DNA of 64,000 nt from the human T2T-CHM13v2.0 reference genome, Homo sapiens (GCF_009914755.1 NC_060935.1); one strand, 5' to 3'. Shown: positions 12,611 through 30,030, counted from the stretch's first letter. A program made the numbers and translations. The notes: a model not told the origin generated them from the letters alone.

Positions 12611-12928
<318 letters not shown>

Positions 12929-13069
12929 TACTAGGTATGAAATGAAAACAGTACGTTGAAAAGGTAACTGTACTTTCATGTTTATCGCAGCATTATTTAC
13001 AATAGCCAAGATATAGAATCAAGCTAAGTGTTCAATAACAGATGAATGGTTAAAGAAAATGTGATATAT

Positions 13070-13370
<301 letters not shown>

Positions 13371-13625
13371 ATGTGGTATATATACACAGTGGAATACTAT
13401 TCAGCCATAAAAGAGAATGGAATCCTGTCATTTGCAACAACATGGATGAATCTGGAGGGCATTATGTTAAGTGAAATAAGCCAAACACAGAAAGACAAAT
13501 ACAGCACGATCTCACTCACGGGAATCTAGAGAGTTGGTCTTGTAGAAGTGGTGAGTACGACAGTGGCCACCAGAGGCAGGGAGATTAGGGGAAAGGGAGA
13601 ATGGGGAGAAACTGAGTAATGGGTA

Positions 13626-13698
13626 GCCTGGATAGCTCAGTTGGTAGAGCATCAGACTTTTAATCTGAGGGTCCAGGGTTCAAGTCCCTGTTCAGGCG
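13626..13698 (+). tRNA. tRNA-Lys(TTT) copy, probably a retrocopy
   Basis: 73-nt cloverleaf GCCTGGA...TTCAGGCG, anticodon TTT 13659-13661, intact A and B boxes, TTTTT at 13709-13713; three CpG-type changes versus tRNA-Lys3. Confidence 0.95.
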
Positions 13699-13718
13699 AT
13701 GGCGTTTGTTTTTAGGCT

Positions 13719-13927
13719 GGGAGGCGAGCGGAGGTTGCACTTAGCCGAGATCACACCATTGCACTCCAGCTTAGGCAAAAAGAGTGAAACTCCATCTTAA
13801 AAAAAATAAAATAAGAAAAATTAGAGGCAAGCGGAGGTTGCAGTTAGCAGAGATCATGCCATTGCACTCCAGCTTAGGCAAAAAGAGTGAAACTCCTTCT
13901 TAAAAAGAAAAGAAAAGAAAAAAAAAA
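13719..13927 (+). repeat. Tandemly duplicated Alu 3' end fragments (2 x ~105 bp)
   Basis: Both copies share non-consensus gaggc(g/a)agcggagg, cttaggcaaaaagag and tcttaaaa. Confidence 0.9.
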
Positions 13928-13943
13928 GTTGGTCAATGGGTAC

Positions 13944-14093
13944 AAAGTTGCAATTAGAATAAGTTTTGGTGTTCTATTGCACAGCAGGGTAATAATATCA
14001 CATATTTTGGTGTTCTGTAAAGTTACAATTAGAATAAGTTTTGGTGTTCTATTGCACAGCAGGGTAATAATATCACATATTTTGGTGTTCTGT
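13944..14093 (+). repeat. 75-bp tandem duplication in L1 3' UTR
   Basis: aaagtt(g/a)caattagaataag...ggtgttctgt twice (13944, 14019). Confidence 0.95.
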
Positions 14094-14427
14094 TGCACAG
14101 TAGGGTAACAGTATGGTCAACAATAAAGTATTATATAACAAACTACCTAGAAAAGAGGATTTTGAATGTTCCCAACACAAACAAATGATAAATGTTTTAA
14201 GTGATGGATATGCTAATTACCCTGATTTGATTATTATGCGATATATATGTATCAAATCATCACATTTCCCATAAATATGTACAATTATTATGTGTTTCAT
14301 TAAAAACCTAAAATAATTTTAAAATTAAAATAAATTAAAATGTTTAAATTAAAAGTTTGAAAAGAAAACTAAATAGAAAGGTTCATATACAGAACACATG
14401 GCATTTAACAGTTAATCAATACATTTA

Positions 14428-14614
14428 AAAAATTTTAGATTCGGGAGTACACGTGCAGGTTTGTTACATGAGTATATTACATGATGCTGAGGTTTGGGCT
14501 TCTAATGATTCCATCACCCAAGTAGCTTTTCAATCCTTACTCCCTCCCTCCCCCTTTTTGGAATCTCAGAATTTGAAATCTATTATTCCCATCTTTATGT
14601 TTGTGTGTATCCAG
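14428..14614 (-). mobile_element. Short 5'-truncated L1P 3' end
   Basis: gtgcaggtttgttacatg motif; TSD tcaatacattt on both sides. Confidence 0.8.
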
Positions 14615-14696
14615 TCAATACATTTTTAATTAAAGTAATTAAAGATTACATTTGTTTAGAGGTCTATGTCACATAAGTTAGGATTTCTTTAGAATG

Positions 14697-15145
<449 letters not shown>

Positions 15146-15772
15146 AAGAAAAGAGAAAAAGATATGAGTAATTGTATACATTTATAGAGAGGCTAATATG
15201 ATAAACAGTACTTTGCCATAGTACTAGTGATAGAACTTTGTGATACAGTATAATTTTTTGGAACAAATTTAATTTCCTAATTCAATTTAGTGTCAGTCCT
15301 TTGGATTTAGGTTTCCCGAGCACCTAAAAAAAAACAAGAAACCCAGAAGGGTGCTGGTTGACACTTTTTCAACCACATAACTTTCAAAATAAAAATAAAG
15401 CCCTATGTTTGTTATTCCATAGTATTCTGATATTTATAAATGTTTTAAAATGTGTTATTCCATGTGCTGCTAATAATCACCTGGGAGGTAGGCAGGGTAA
15501 GAATTCGTATCTGAATTTTATAGGGGGAAGACCTGAAGCGTATGGGAATCAAATAATTTGTGCAAAGACACACAGCTAGTAAGTAACAGAGCCAGAACAC
15601 AGACCTGAGACCTCTGATTCCCCTGCCTGGGCTGTTTCCACTGAACCCCACTGACTTTAATGAGATAGTATTAAATTATATCTCTTCATTTCTATACAAT
15701 GTATCCCTTATTTTAAGTCATTGCTCCATCTTGTTTTGAGTCTTATCAAAGACTTGTCTTACGTTTTAAGTC

Positions 15773-16081
15773 TTTTTTTTTTTTTTTTTTTTTTTTTTGA
15801 GACCAAGTTTCACTCTCGTCGCCCAGGCTGGAGTGCAGTGGCGCCATCTCGACTCACCGCAACCTCCACATCCGAGGTTCAAGCAATTCTCCTGCCTCAG
15901 CCTTACTGAGCAGCTGGGATTACAGGCATGCGCCACCACGCCCAGCTGATTTTGTGTTTTTGGTAGAGACGGGGTTTCTCCATGTTGATCAGGCTGGTCT
16001 CGAACTCCCGACCTCAGATGATCCGCCCACCTCGGTCTCCCAAAGTGTTGGGATTATAGGCGTCAGCCACTGTGCCCAGCC
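15773..16081 (-). mobile_element. AluS
   Basis: Poly(T) plus antisense Alu. Confidence 0.92.
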
Positions 16082-16779
16082 TAAGTCTTGTTTTAAGTCT
16101 TATTGCTCCATAACTCACAGACAGAAATGTACATAATTGAACCGTGGTATTCCTAAACTTCCACCAGGGTTGATTTTCCAGCCACCACTCCTAACCTTGA
16201 TATTTAATGGGTACCACCAACTCACCTTCATTCACCCCAAGTATTGATAACATTAAAAATATATTCCATTTAGGACTGGGAATAAATTCTCATACACTTT
16301 AAAGTTCCAGTCCTATGGTTGTTTTTGTGTGAATAACTAAAATGTATCACCAACATACAGTAATAATTCATTTTAACAATATATATTCCTCCAGAAAGTT
16401 TATAATTATTACATAAGCTCACAATATAATACAGCTCCGATATTTAGTTGGAATGCAACTTATTCAGGGGAATTTTACATATATTATAATTTTGTGCCTT
16501 TATCCTCCTTTCTTTATAAACATTCACTCTAAAGTATCAATTTCTTACTTAAAAACATTAGTTATAAATTTCTCCTCTTGAAATGATACCTGAAAATTGT
16601 ATCAGTTCTTCTCACAGGTCAAATTATATAGAACCATAAACTCTGAAAAGTTTTGAGGCTCAGTAATATTTTCATTTTCACGTGGTAAAATATTCTGTTG
16701 TAGAAAGTAGGAAAATTTTCAGAAAAACATAGACAAAATCAAAGAAGGGGCATTTACATGGCTATTTAGAAATACTGAC

Positions 16780-16940
16780 AGGAGAGGGTGAAGGATAAAA
16801 GAAGACATATTGGATCCAGTGTACACTGCTCAGGTGACAGGTGCACTAAAATTTCAGAAATCACCACTAAGAACTTATCCATGTAACCGAAAACCACCTG
16901 TGCCCCCAAAACTATGAAAATACTAAAAAATCAAAAAAGA
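16780..16940 (+). mobile_element. L1PB-like 3' end
   Basis: gtgtacactgctcaggtgacaggtgcactaaaatttcagaaatcaccactaagaac. Confidence 0.8.
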
Positions 16941-16959
16941 AACGCTAAAAGGAGGAAAT

Positions 16960-17095
16960 GATGATAACTCAGAACTAAAACTGGTTCACCAAGAGCATGA
17001 CATGTCAGACTAACCTTGAGTTTTTCACTGACAGGGTCACTGAACTTCAACAGATTTTATCAAAGCATTTGACAATGACTTTCAGTGGTATCATG
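16960..17095 (+). mobile_element. CR1/L3 reverse-transcriptase relic
   Basis: Hand translation FTKSMTCQTNLEFFTDRVT...DFIKAFD resembles CR1 RT (GFTKxxSCQTNLxxFFDxVT...DFSKAFD). Confidence 0.65.
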
Positions 17096-17735
17096 TAGGA
17101 AATAAAATATGTTTATGAAAAAATAACTGAAGTGACATCAGAAAGATGGTTGACTAGAAATGTCTGGCACTAAGCAGTACTAAGAGGCAAGATTATAAAA
17201 AAAATGCCTACATCAATAAGCTAGAAAGGTTTCAAATAAACAACCTAATCATACACCTCAAAAAACTAGAAAAGGCTGAACGTGGTGCTTACGCCTGTCA
17301 TCCCAGCACTTTGAGAGGCCTCCACACAAGAAAGGACTAAGACAATGAAGAAATTACTAAGATTTGACTGGAGTGTCGAAGGGAGCATGCTGAAGTGCAG
17401 TGGGGGAGTGGAGGCACACCTGTGGTGAGTGGAAGTCCAGGAGGGCAGCATGGAGGCACCCAGCCTCTGCAGTCCCATCACCCAGTACCAGATCAGATCT
17501 TTCCAGAGTCAGGAAGGACTTCCCATTGTGAGGAAAAGATAAGAGGAGATCCCCACCAGACCCCATTGACACTTTACCTGCAGTCCTTACAACAAAAGAA
17601 TCCCAGAGTTCTCACAAGCCCTGACCCAGTTTTGAGAGCTGCCAGAATTCACACAGCTGAATTGCCACAGATTACCTCACCCACCCACTGTGAGCCAAGC
17701 CGCTGCAGCATGGCACCATCTTGAAGCTAGAGTCA

Positions 17736-18167
<432 letters not shown>

Positions 18168-19182
18168 TTAGTAGAAGAAATGAAATAATAAATATAAGAG
18201 AAAACAATAAACAAAATTTACACTAAAAAAATACAAAAGACCAATTAAAGAAAAACCTACTTTTTAAAAAATAAAGAAAATCAACAAACTTCTTTCCAAC
18301 ATTTACTACAAAGCTATAGTAATCAAAACAGCATGATACTGACATAAAAAAGAAACATAGACCAACTGAACAGAATGGAGAATCCAGATATAAATCCAAA
18401 CATTTATAGCCAACTCATCTTCAACAAAGACACTAATAACATACAATAAGAAAAGAACAGTTTTTTTCAATAAATGGTGCTGGCTCATATGTTCCTCACA
18501 GCACTATTCACAATAGCAATAACATGAAATCAACTCAGTGCCCATCAGTACTGGACTGGATAAAGAAAAAGTTGTACATATACAACATGGAATACTATCC
18601 AACCATAAGAAGCAATGAGATCATGTCCTTTGCAACAGCATGGATGGAGCTGGAGGACATTATATTAAGAGAAATAAGCCAGGCACGGAAAGACAAATAT
18701 CACATGGTCTCACTCATATGTGGGACCTAAAAATGTAGCTCTTATAAAGATAGTAGATTGGTGGTTACCAGAGGCTGGGAAAAGTAGAGTAGTGGAGAAG
18801 ATGAAGGGAAGAAAAAAGAATATAAATATAATTATTACCACTGAACTGTGTACTTAAAATGGTAAAAAAAAAAAAAATGGTAAATCTTATATGTACATTT
18901 TACCTCAATAAAAATTAAATTAAAAATAAATTTAAAATTTTAAAAGGCACATCATTTTGAACCCTAAAAAAAGAAGCAGCAGCACAGGCAATAAAAGCAA
19001 AAATAAACAAATGAGATTATATCAAACTAAAAAGCTTCTGTGCAGCAAAGGAAACAGTCAACAGAGTGAAAAGACAACCTACAGAATGGGAGAAAATATT
19101 TGCACAAACTACCTATCTGACAGAGGATTAATGTTCAGCATATAAAAGAAACTCAAACATTTCAACAGAAAAAAAAACTGAT

Positions 19183-19346
19183 TTTTTTAATTTTTTTTTT
19201 TACCATTTTAAAACTGGTTCTTACTTTAAAAAATTTTTTTATTTCCATAGGTTTTTGAGGGATTGGAGGTATTTGGTTTCATGAATAAATTCTTTAGTGG
19301 TGATTTCTGAGATTTTGGTGCACCCATCACCCAAGCAGTATACACT
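19183..19346 (-). mobile_element. Short L1PB 3' end with possible 3' transduction
   Basis: Antisense L1PB end, two T tracts, ctgatttt flanking repeat. Confidence 0.7.
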
Positions 19347-20706
19347 CAAATAATCTGATTTTAAAATGAACAAATGACCTGAACAGACATTTCTCAAAAG
19401 AAGATATATATATGGCCAACAGGCATATGAAAAAATGTTCAACATATCTAATCATCATGGAGATGCAAATCAAAACCGCAAAGAGTTATCATCTCACCCC
19501 AGTTAGGATGGCTGTTATCAAAAAGACAAAAAAACAACAAATACTGGCAAGATTCTGAGAGAAGAGAATGCTTATACACTGTTGGTGGGAATGTAAACTA
19601 GCATAGCCACTATGGAGAACAGAATAGAGGTTCCTTAAAAAAACTACAAATAGAACAGCCATATAACCCAGCAATCCCATTAATGGGCATTTATCTAAAG
19701 GAAAGAAAATCACTACATTGAAAAGACAACTGCATCCCCATGTTTATTATAGCACTAGTCACAATAGCCAAGATTTGGAATCAAACTAGGTATTTGAGAA
19801 CAAATAGGTGGATAAAGAAAATGTGGTATATATACACACAATAGAATACTATTCAGCCTTTAAAAATAAGAAAATCTTATCATTCACAGAAACATGGATG
19901 AAACTGGAAGACATTATGTTAAACAAAATAACCAGGAAGAGCAAGTTAAAGATATGTTTTCACTCATATATGGAATTTTTTAAAGTTGACCTCATAGAAG
20001 CAATAGGTAGAACAGGATACTAAAGACTGGGAAAGATAGTAGGGAGGGGAGGATTTGGAGATGCTTGTTAAAGGATACAAAATTACCGACAGGAGGAACA
20101 CATTCTAGTGTTCTCTACCATTGTAGGATGATTATAGCTAACAATAATATGTTTCATAGTTTCAAATTGCTAGAAGGGTGATACTGAACGTTCCCAACAC
20201 AAACAAATGATAAATGTTTGAGATGATAGATACGCTAATTACTGTGATCTGATCAACATACAGTATGTGTGTTGAAACATCACCACGTACCCCATAAAGA
20301 TGTGCGATTATTATGAGTCAATTTTTTAAAACCCCAGGAATTAAACAAATAATAATAACTAAGGAAATTAGCATATGGTAGAAAAAGAAAAAGGAACACT
20401 TATACACTGTTGGTGGGAATGTAAATTAGTTCAATTTCTATGAAAAACTGTGTGGAAGTATCTCAAAGAACTAAGAATAGAACTACTGTTTGATCCACCA
20501 ATCCCACTACTGGCCACCTACCCAAAGAAAAGGAAAGCATTATATAAAACAGACATCTGCACTCAAGACGTTTATTGCAGCACTAAACACCATAGCACAG
20601 TCTTGGAACCTTCCTAAGTGTCCACCAATGGCTGACTGGATAAAGACAATGTGGTATGTATACACCATGGAATATTACACAACCATTAAAAAAGAATGAA
20701 ATCAAC

Positions 20707-21060
<354 letters not shown>

Positions 21061-21144
21061 CTAGATGAACTAATTCAGAAGCAGAAAATCAAATATCACA
21101 TGTTCTCACTTATACAATGATTCTCACTTAAGCAGTGATTACAG

Positions 21145-21450
<306 letters not shown>

Positions 21451-21773
21451 ACAACAGGTACACATGGACATAAAGATGGAGATAATAGACACTGAGAATT
21501 CCAAAAGAGGGGAGGTTGGGAGGGAAGTGAGGGTTGAAAAATTACCTGCTGGGTACAATATTCAATATTTGGGCTATAGGTGCATTAGAAGCTCAATCCC
21601 CACCATTACGCATGTAATACCCATATTACAAGCAAGCAAATGTACTCCCTAATATAAAATAAAATTGTTGTAAATGGTAGGACAGATAATCAAATAATTA
21701 AGTGAATTTTAAAAATTATACATTAGGAGGTTCCTGCTGGTACGTCCTGAGTCAACAAATGAAAGTTAGCCTT

Positions 21774-22265
<492 letters not shown>

Positions 22266-22987
22266 CTAGGTGAAATCATATGTATGTCCAAAACTGTTCA
22301 AATATTCAACCTCATATGTGGGGAGCTGTCCTATCATGGCATCCCTCTGTTCTTAATCCCTTGATGTTGCCCAACTCCACTGATGAATTTGCAAATCTCT
22401 CACTCTGATATGCCTCGTATACATTTTAGCCAAATCGGATTGCACACTGTTCTCCAAACATCCCAGACTTCCTCGTCTCTGCTTTTCTTTATGCTACAGC
22501 CTCTAACATTTCTTCTCTCTCTCCTATATCCCTCCTCTGTATGGCAATGAACCTGGAAATCTACTATCAGTACACTCAGATGTGAGCTCACTTATTTTAT
22601 GCCTTACTGATCCAGTGTTCTCACAAGCCCCTACTCAGTGACTAAGTAGGAAGGAAAGTCTGCCTAGATTTAGTTGAATTCAGTACAGTAATGTAACTTG
22701 TCCTTTAGAACACACTTAGCCTTTATGTGGAAAACTGAATGCCTGACCCCTCAGAATGGCCATTCTCTTGCCTGCCTCTCCAGCTCTCTGTAGTGACATC
22801 TGAGCATGCCGTGGGGAGGCAGGAGGGGAGGCTTGCTGGATCTCTTGGTGGAAGTGAAGACTGTGGGATTCTTGGATGTCTCAGCCTCAAGGGGGAGAGA
22901 GAAAATGAAAAGGAGAAATCTACCTTTCCCATAGCCCTCTCTCTCTCTTCTTTTCCTTTGCATTCCTTCTGTAAGAATCCTAATCTA

Positions 22988-23359
<372 letters not shown>

Positions 23360-23486
23360 CTAAGAGTCCAGAAAAAATAAGAACCCATGCCAAAGCCCCT
23401 TCCTAACTCCTGCGTTACACTTTCACCATTGGCCATTCTATGTTGCATTGTTTCAGTGGTTCTTTTATCTCTTAGGGAAAGACTTA

Positions 23487-23985
<499 letters not shown>

Positions 23986-24634
23986 CTAGCTTTGTGCTGG
24001 ATGCCTCTCTTAGTGTGTTCCCATTGTGGTAAACCAACAGAGGCTGGACCCCAGGCAGTGAAGTCTAAAGCTGTGGAAAATCTTCCTAGGTTCTGCAGGT
24101 AGGATGGACACAGCACGGTAATGGTCCTAAAGGGACAAATTCATAGGGACTCAGGCCACTCAGTCGACAGTGGCTGACAACCATTGACCAGAAGGTCCTC
24201 CCCAGTGGTTTAGCACGGGTGACCTTTGTGCCTTTGTATGTTCTTGGAGACAGGAGCTCCAATAATGACTGAAGGTTAATTTCCTGCCAGCAAATTGGTT
24301 ATTTTGATTCCAATGCAATTTTTTAAAGGAAATTAAGAAATTTGATATGCTTTGCACACCTGGGTTTGTACACTAAGATCTGTTCCCACTATAATAGCCT
24401 AGCTTATCCTGGGGGAATTTGAACCTGGAGGTGAATCTGTGTTTGCAGTCTTTTAGTTTAAGACCTTATGCTCTCAACCTAGTGTCCAGTCAGCTTGGTT
24501 GGTCCAGTCAGCTTGGTCATGTGCCTAGGCCACTCTGACTGTCGCATTATTAATAGGTAATATGAACCTAACACCATGATTAAACCACAGAACATTCCCT
24601 GATTCTTCTCTTTTAAGGCTCACAACTCATGCTA

Positions 24635-24830
24635 GTATATATCATACATACATATATGTATAGATACTGTATCTATATATGTATCTATACATATATACAT
24701 ATGTATAGATACTGTATTGTATTGTGTGATGCTGTTTTATATCTATATAAAATATAGATATATTGTGTGATACTACTTTATATCTATCTACCTGTCTATC
24801 TATAAAATAGTATCACGCAGTATATCTTAC
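24635..24830. repeat. AT-rich (TA/TATC) low-complexity tract
   Basis: Repeated catatgtatagatactgtat and tctata units. Confidence 0.8.
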
Positions 24831-25196
24831 CCATTTCCAACAGTGTTGAAGAATTCATTGAGCTTATTTGTGAGCCATAAGCATCTTCATCAAGTGATGC
24901 CTCTCTTTTCTCCCCCAGCCCAATCATCAGGTTCCACACACCCATACCCTGATTCAGGTTGCTGAATATATATGTTAGACAAATGTGTTCAAAACTAAAG
25001 CCCTCAGAGGTTCTTAAGACTCTAGGCATCCTAAGGCCCTTCCCATTCTGACTTCAAACTACCTTTCAGGTTTTGTCTTGCTGTGTGAAGATACACACAC
25101 ACACACGCATACACACACATGCAAACACTACAATTTAGCCATACCCAGCAGCTTCCCTTTTTTGAATGTGCCATAGTCATTTGCCCCTTTGTGTCC

Positions 25197-25198
<2 letters not shown>

Positions 25199-25238
<40 letters not shown>
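25199..25238. repeat. (AC)n microsatellite
   Basis: About 20 AC units. Confidence 0.97.
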
Positions 25239-25240
<2 letters not shown>

Positions 25241-25699
25241 TTACCTCTTGGGAATGCCCTCCTGTTTCTGTCCCCCTCCACTTGATTAACACCTATTGAA
25301 ACATCGAGATGCATCTCAGATGTCCCTCCCTCTCCTGACTCAGGACAAGCTAGAACTCCCTAGTCTCCGGGCTAGGAGTGTTTAGAGGACACTTTGTTCC
25401 ACAGTGGATACATTTTTATAGCAACTGGTTTATCTGCCCAGTCATTAACCCATCAGCTCCCACAGCGTGTACTGTGTGTGTGCATCTTTGGATTCCTAGT
25501 TGATTGCAGTATCAAGCACAGATTAAGCACTTGATATGTATTTCCTATATAAATGAATGACTGATAAAGCAATGAGGTGATCAGGAAGTCAAAGTGATTA
25601 CATTGCCCACTACAGAAATCAAATGAATTTGGACGGGATGCTCAATTCAATCCTATTTTAATATATTGCCAAATAAATTTTTTCTTTATGTTTTTCTTT

Positions 25700-25845
25700 T
25701 TTAATTAAAAAAATTAAATTTAATAAAGAGATGAGGTTTTTCCCTGTGGCCCAGGCTGGTCCTGAACTCTTGAGCTCAAGCAGTCCACCTGTGTCAGCCT
25801 CCTAAAGTGTTGGGATTTTAGGCGTGAGTTACCACCCCCAACCCA
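25700..25845 (-). mobile_element. FLAM / Alu left monomer
   Basis: Antisense monomer. Confidence 0.75.
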
Positions 25846-26140
25846 AATACATTTTTCAGTGGATATTTTTCATCTACTAATGCCATTCTTGGGCCTTATC
25901 CTAAAGAAAACATTTTAGATGCTTTTAGGTATAGCATGGATTTATTTCATATATCACTCTTGAGCACAGGAAAAAACAACCTACAAAATTAATCAAGATA
26001 TTTTTTAAATTTCTTGTTCAGACTGCAACTGTTCAGAATACCTCAGAGCTGTTGATATCTGTATTTTCCCACATACTATTTATGGCGTTATGTACCATCA
26101 ATGCCATTAGTCATTAAATGCTTATAAAATGACATAATAA

Positions 26141-27245
26141 CTTGTAAATTTTGCCTGCATTTTCACTTCTGTGATCTTCAAAATGCCACTGCACTTGCAT
26201 TTGGAGAGTGTTGTGACCTACACATTTTGTAAGCACATGCTGTTCACTTGAAAGGCTGGTTATTCTTGGCCATTGCAAGTAAGCAATTTTCTGCTTTTGT
26301 AGCACCAATAATAATTAGCTTTTTATCTTTCACCATTAAGGAGCCTCATACACTTAAGTTATCACAGACTTTTTGCAAAGAAACAATTTCACAGATCTGT
26401 ATCATTGTGTAGTGAAGAATCCGGTCAGAAGGAATAATATTCATCTTCTCCAATACCAAATCTATGAGTCAGGGTTCTCCAGACAGACAGGAGCAATAGG
26501 ATATATACATAGATAGATGAAAGAGGGTTTATTAGGGGAATTCATTCATGTGATTATGGCGGCTGAGAAGTCCCATGACAGGCTGTTTGCAAGTTAGAGA
26601 CCCTGGAACACTGGCAGCATGGCTCGATGGAAGTCCAAAGGCCTCAGAACCAGGGAAGCCAATGGTGTAACTCTTGGTCCAATGCTGAAAGTCTCAGTAC
26701 CCAGGGGTCCCCTGGAGTAAGTCCTTGAGTCCAAAGGCCAGTGAACTTGGACTTCTGATGTCCAAGACAGCACCAGTAAAGTCTGTCCCAGCTCTCAGAG
26801 AGAGACAAATTCGCCTTCTGTATTTGTTCCTTCTGGGCCCACAGCCAATTGGATGGTTCCCGCCAGCACTGATGGCAGATCTTCCCCCACCTAATCCACT
26901 CAGACCCACACACTAAGCTCCTCTGGAAACACCCTCACAGGCACACCCCAACTCATGCTCTACCAGGTTTCTAGGTATTCCTTTTTCCAGTCAAGTTCAC
27001 ACCTAAAATCAAGTTTACAAATCCACCCCTTATCACCTTGACACTCATATGCATCTCCTTCAACCATACTTGATTTCCAAATAAAGGCAATAACAGGGTA
27101 ATAGTTCCACCTAACATAACACAAGTGTGATTTTGGGGATTTTAGATGCTAGGAATTTTAGATTTTATGAATTTTAATTTTTAGGGATTTCATCATTTGG
27201 GATTAAGGCATTCGGGACTGTCTTTCCAGATTATGATCCAAACTC
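26141..27245 (-). mobile_element. Ricksha (MULE/MuDR) DNA transposon, truncated, carrying an ERV-L fragment
   Basis: Ricksha-type TIR at 27127-27245 (reverse complement gagtttggatcataatctggaaagacagtcccgaa...), ERVL internal + MLT2 passenger, FLYWCH-like transposase relic at 26141-26405. Confidence 0.85.
26461..27018 (-). mobile_element. MLT2B-type (ERV-L) LTR inside Ricksha
   Basis: agtcagggttctccaga...cagtcaagttcacacctaaaat; followed by antisense PPT atccacccct and ERVL internal sequence to ~27125. Confidence 0.88.
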
Positions 27246-27665
27246 AAGCCAGCACATATAAGGAATATGGCGGTGTGAAAAATACTTCATCAACTGTGAT
27301 TTCATTTGATTCTCATAATATTCCTCTGAGACTTGATCCTTGTAAAGTTCCTGATGCTGGTGATGGAGCCAGGATTGAGCCACTGTGAACTAGATCACCA
27401 GCTTTCCTCTTTTTCATTGCTTCCAATATTAGGCATTGTCCAAAGTTCTGGACTGTAGCAGACACTCCTGAGATGTCTTTGAGATCATTATTCTGACCTT
27501 GCTCCAGTTTTCCCTCGCATTTATTCACCTGAGTTTTTTTCTGATACTTCAAATCACGGCAATAACCGAGCTCCTCATTGGCTGCCACCACTGCCTCTTC
27601 TTTCTACTATTTCTGTTCGTGGGCCCAGCTCCCTTCCGGTGAGACAAGTCAGAGTCTCTGTCCAC

Positions 27666-27971
<306 letters not shown>

Positions 27972-28080
27972 TCCACTTTCATTCTGAACCTTCCTTAACA
28001 TTCAGCTCCATCTCCACACCATGTCTTGTATCCATCTCCATCCTCCTGCTCTGGGGCAGGCTCCTAGGGCCTACACATAC

Positions 28081-28142
28081 ATAGATGAAAGAGGGTTTAT
28101 TAGGGGAATTGATTCATGTGATTATGGCGGCTGAGAAGTCCC
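28081..28142 (+). repeat. 62-bp dispersed copy of 26513-26574
   Basis: 61/62 identical by eye. Confidence 0.95.
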
Positions 28143-28384
28143 TCTTCCATTATGAGATTGTCCCAACAAACACCCCTCCAACCCATCCTGCCTGCTTGCG
28201 GGACCAGACCCACAAAACATCCGGGGGCTCCACCTTCTCTACTCAGTATCAATCTGCTCTTTGTCCTAAATCCCCACTGATTTATTTTCTGACGAGTTAT
28301 GGTCAAGGGCCAAATGCAACCCCTGCCCCCATCCTCTCAAACCTGCTCATACCCAGAGGCCCCTTTCAGAATCTGTGTCTTCGT

Positions 28385-29310
<926 letters not shown>

Positions 29311-29550
29311 GTCTATGCTATGATCTTTCCAATCTTGATGACTACACTTGTTTTTAAAATATTTCTGATACATATTGTAAATGTTTCTCAGTTTGTCACT
29401 TCTGATGTTAATTGCTTAATGTCTGTCTATACGTTTTTACTTTTGTGAGATCAGTTCCATCTTTGTGTGCATTTATGATTTGTCCTTCCTTTTATGCTAG
29501 AAAGGTCTTACCTGTGTTGATGATAGCAAAATACTCATATTTTCTTCTAA

Positions 29551-30030
<480 letters not shown>

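Noticed and set aside
24484-24520. gtccagtcagcttggt tandem duplication (and a similar one at 56291-56342)
   Set aside because: Ordinary short slippage duplications.
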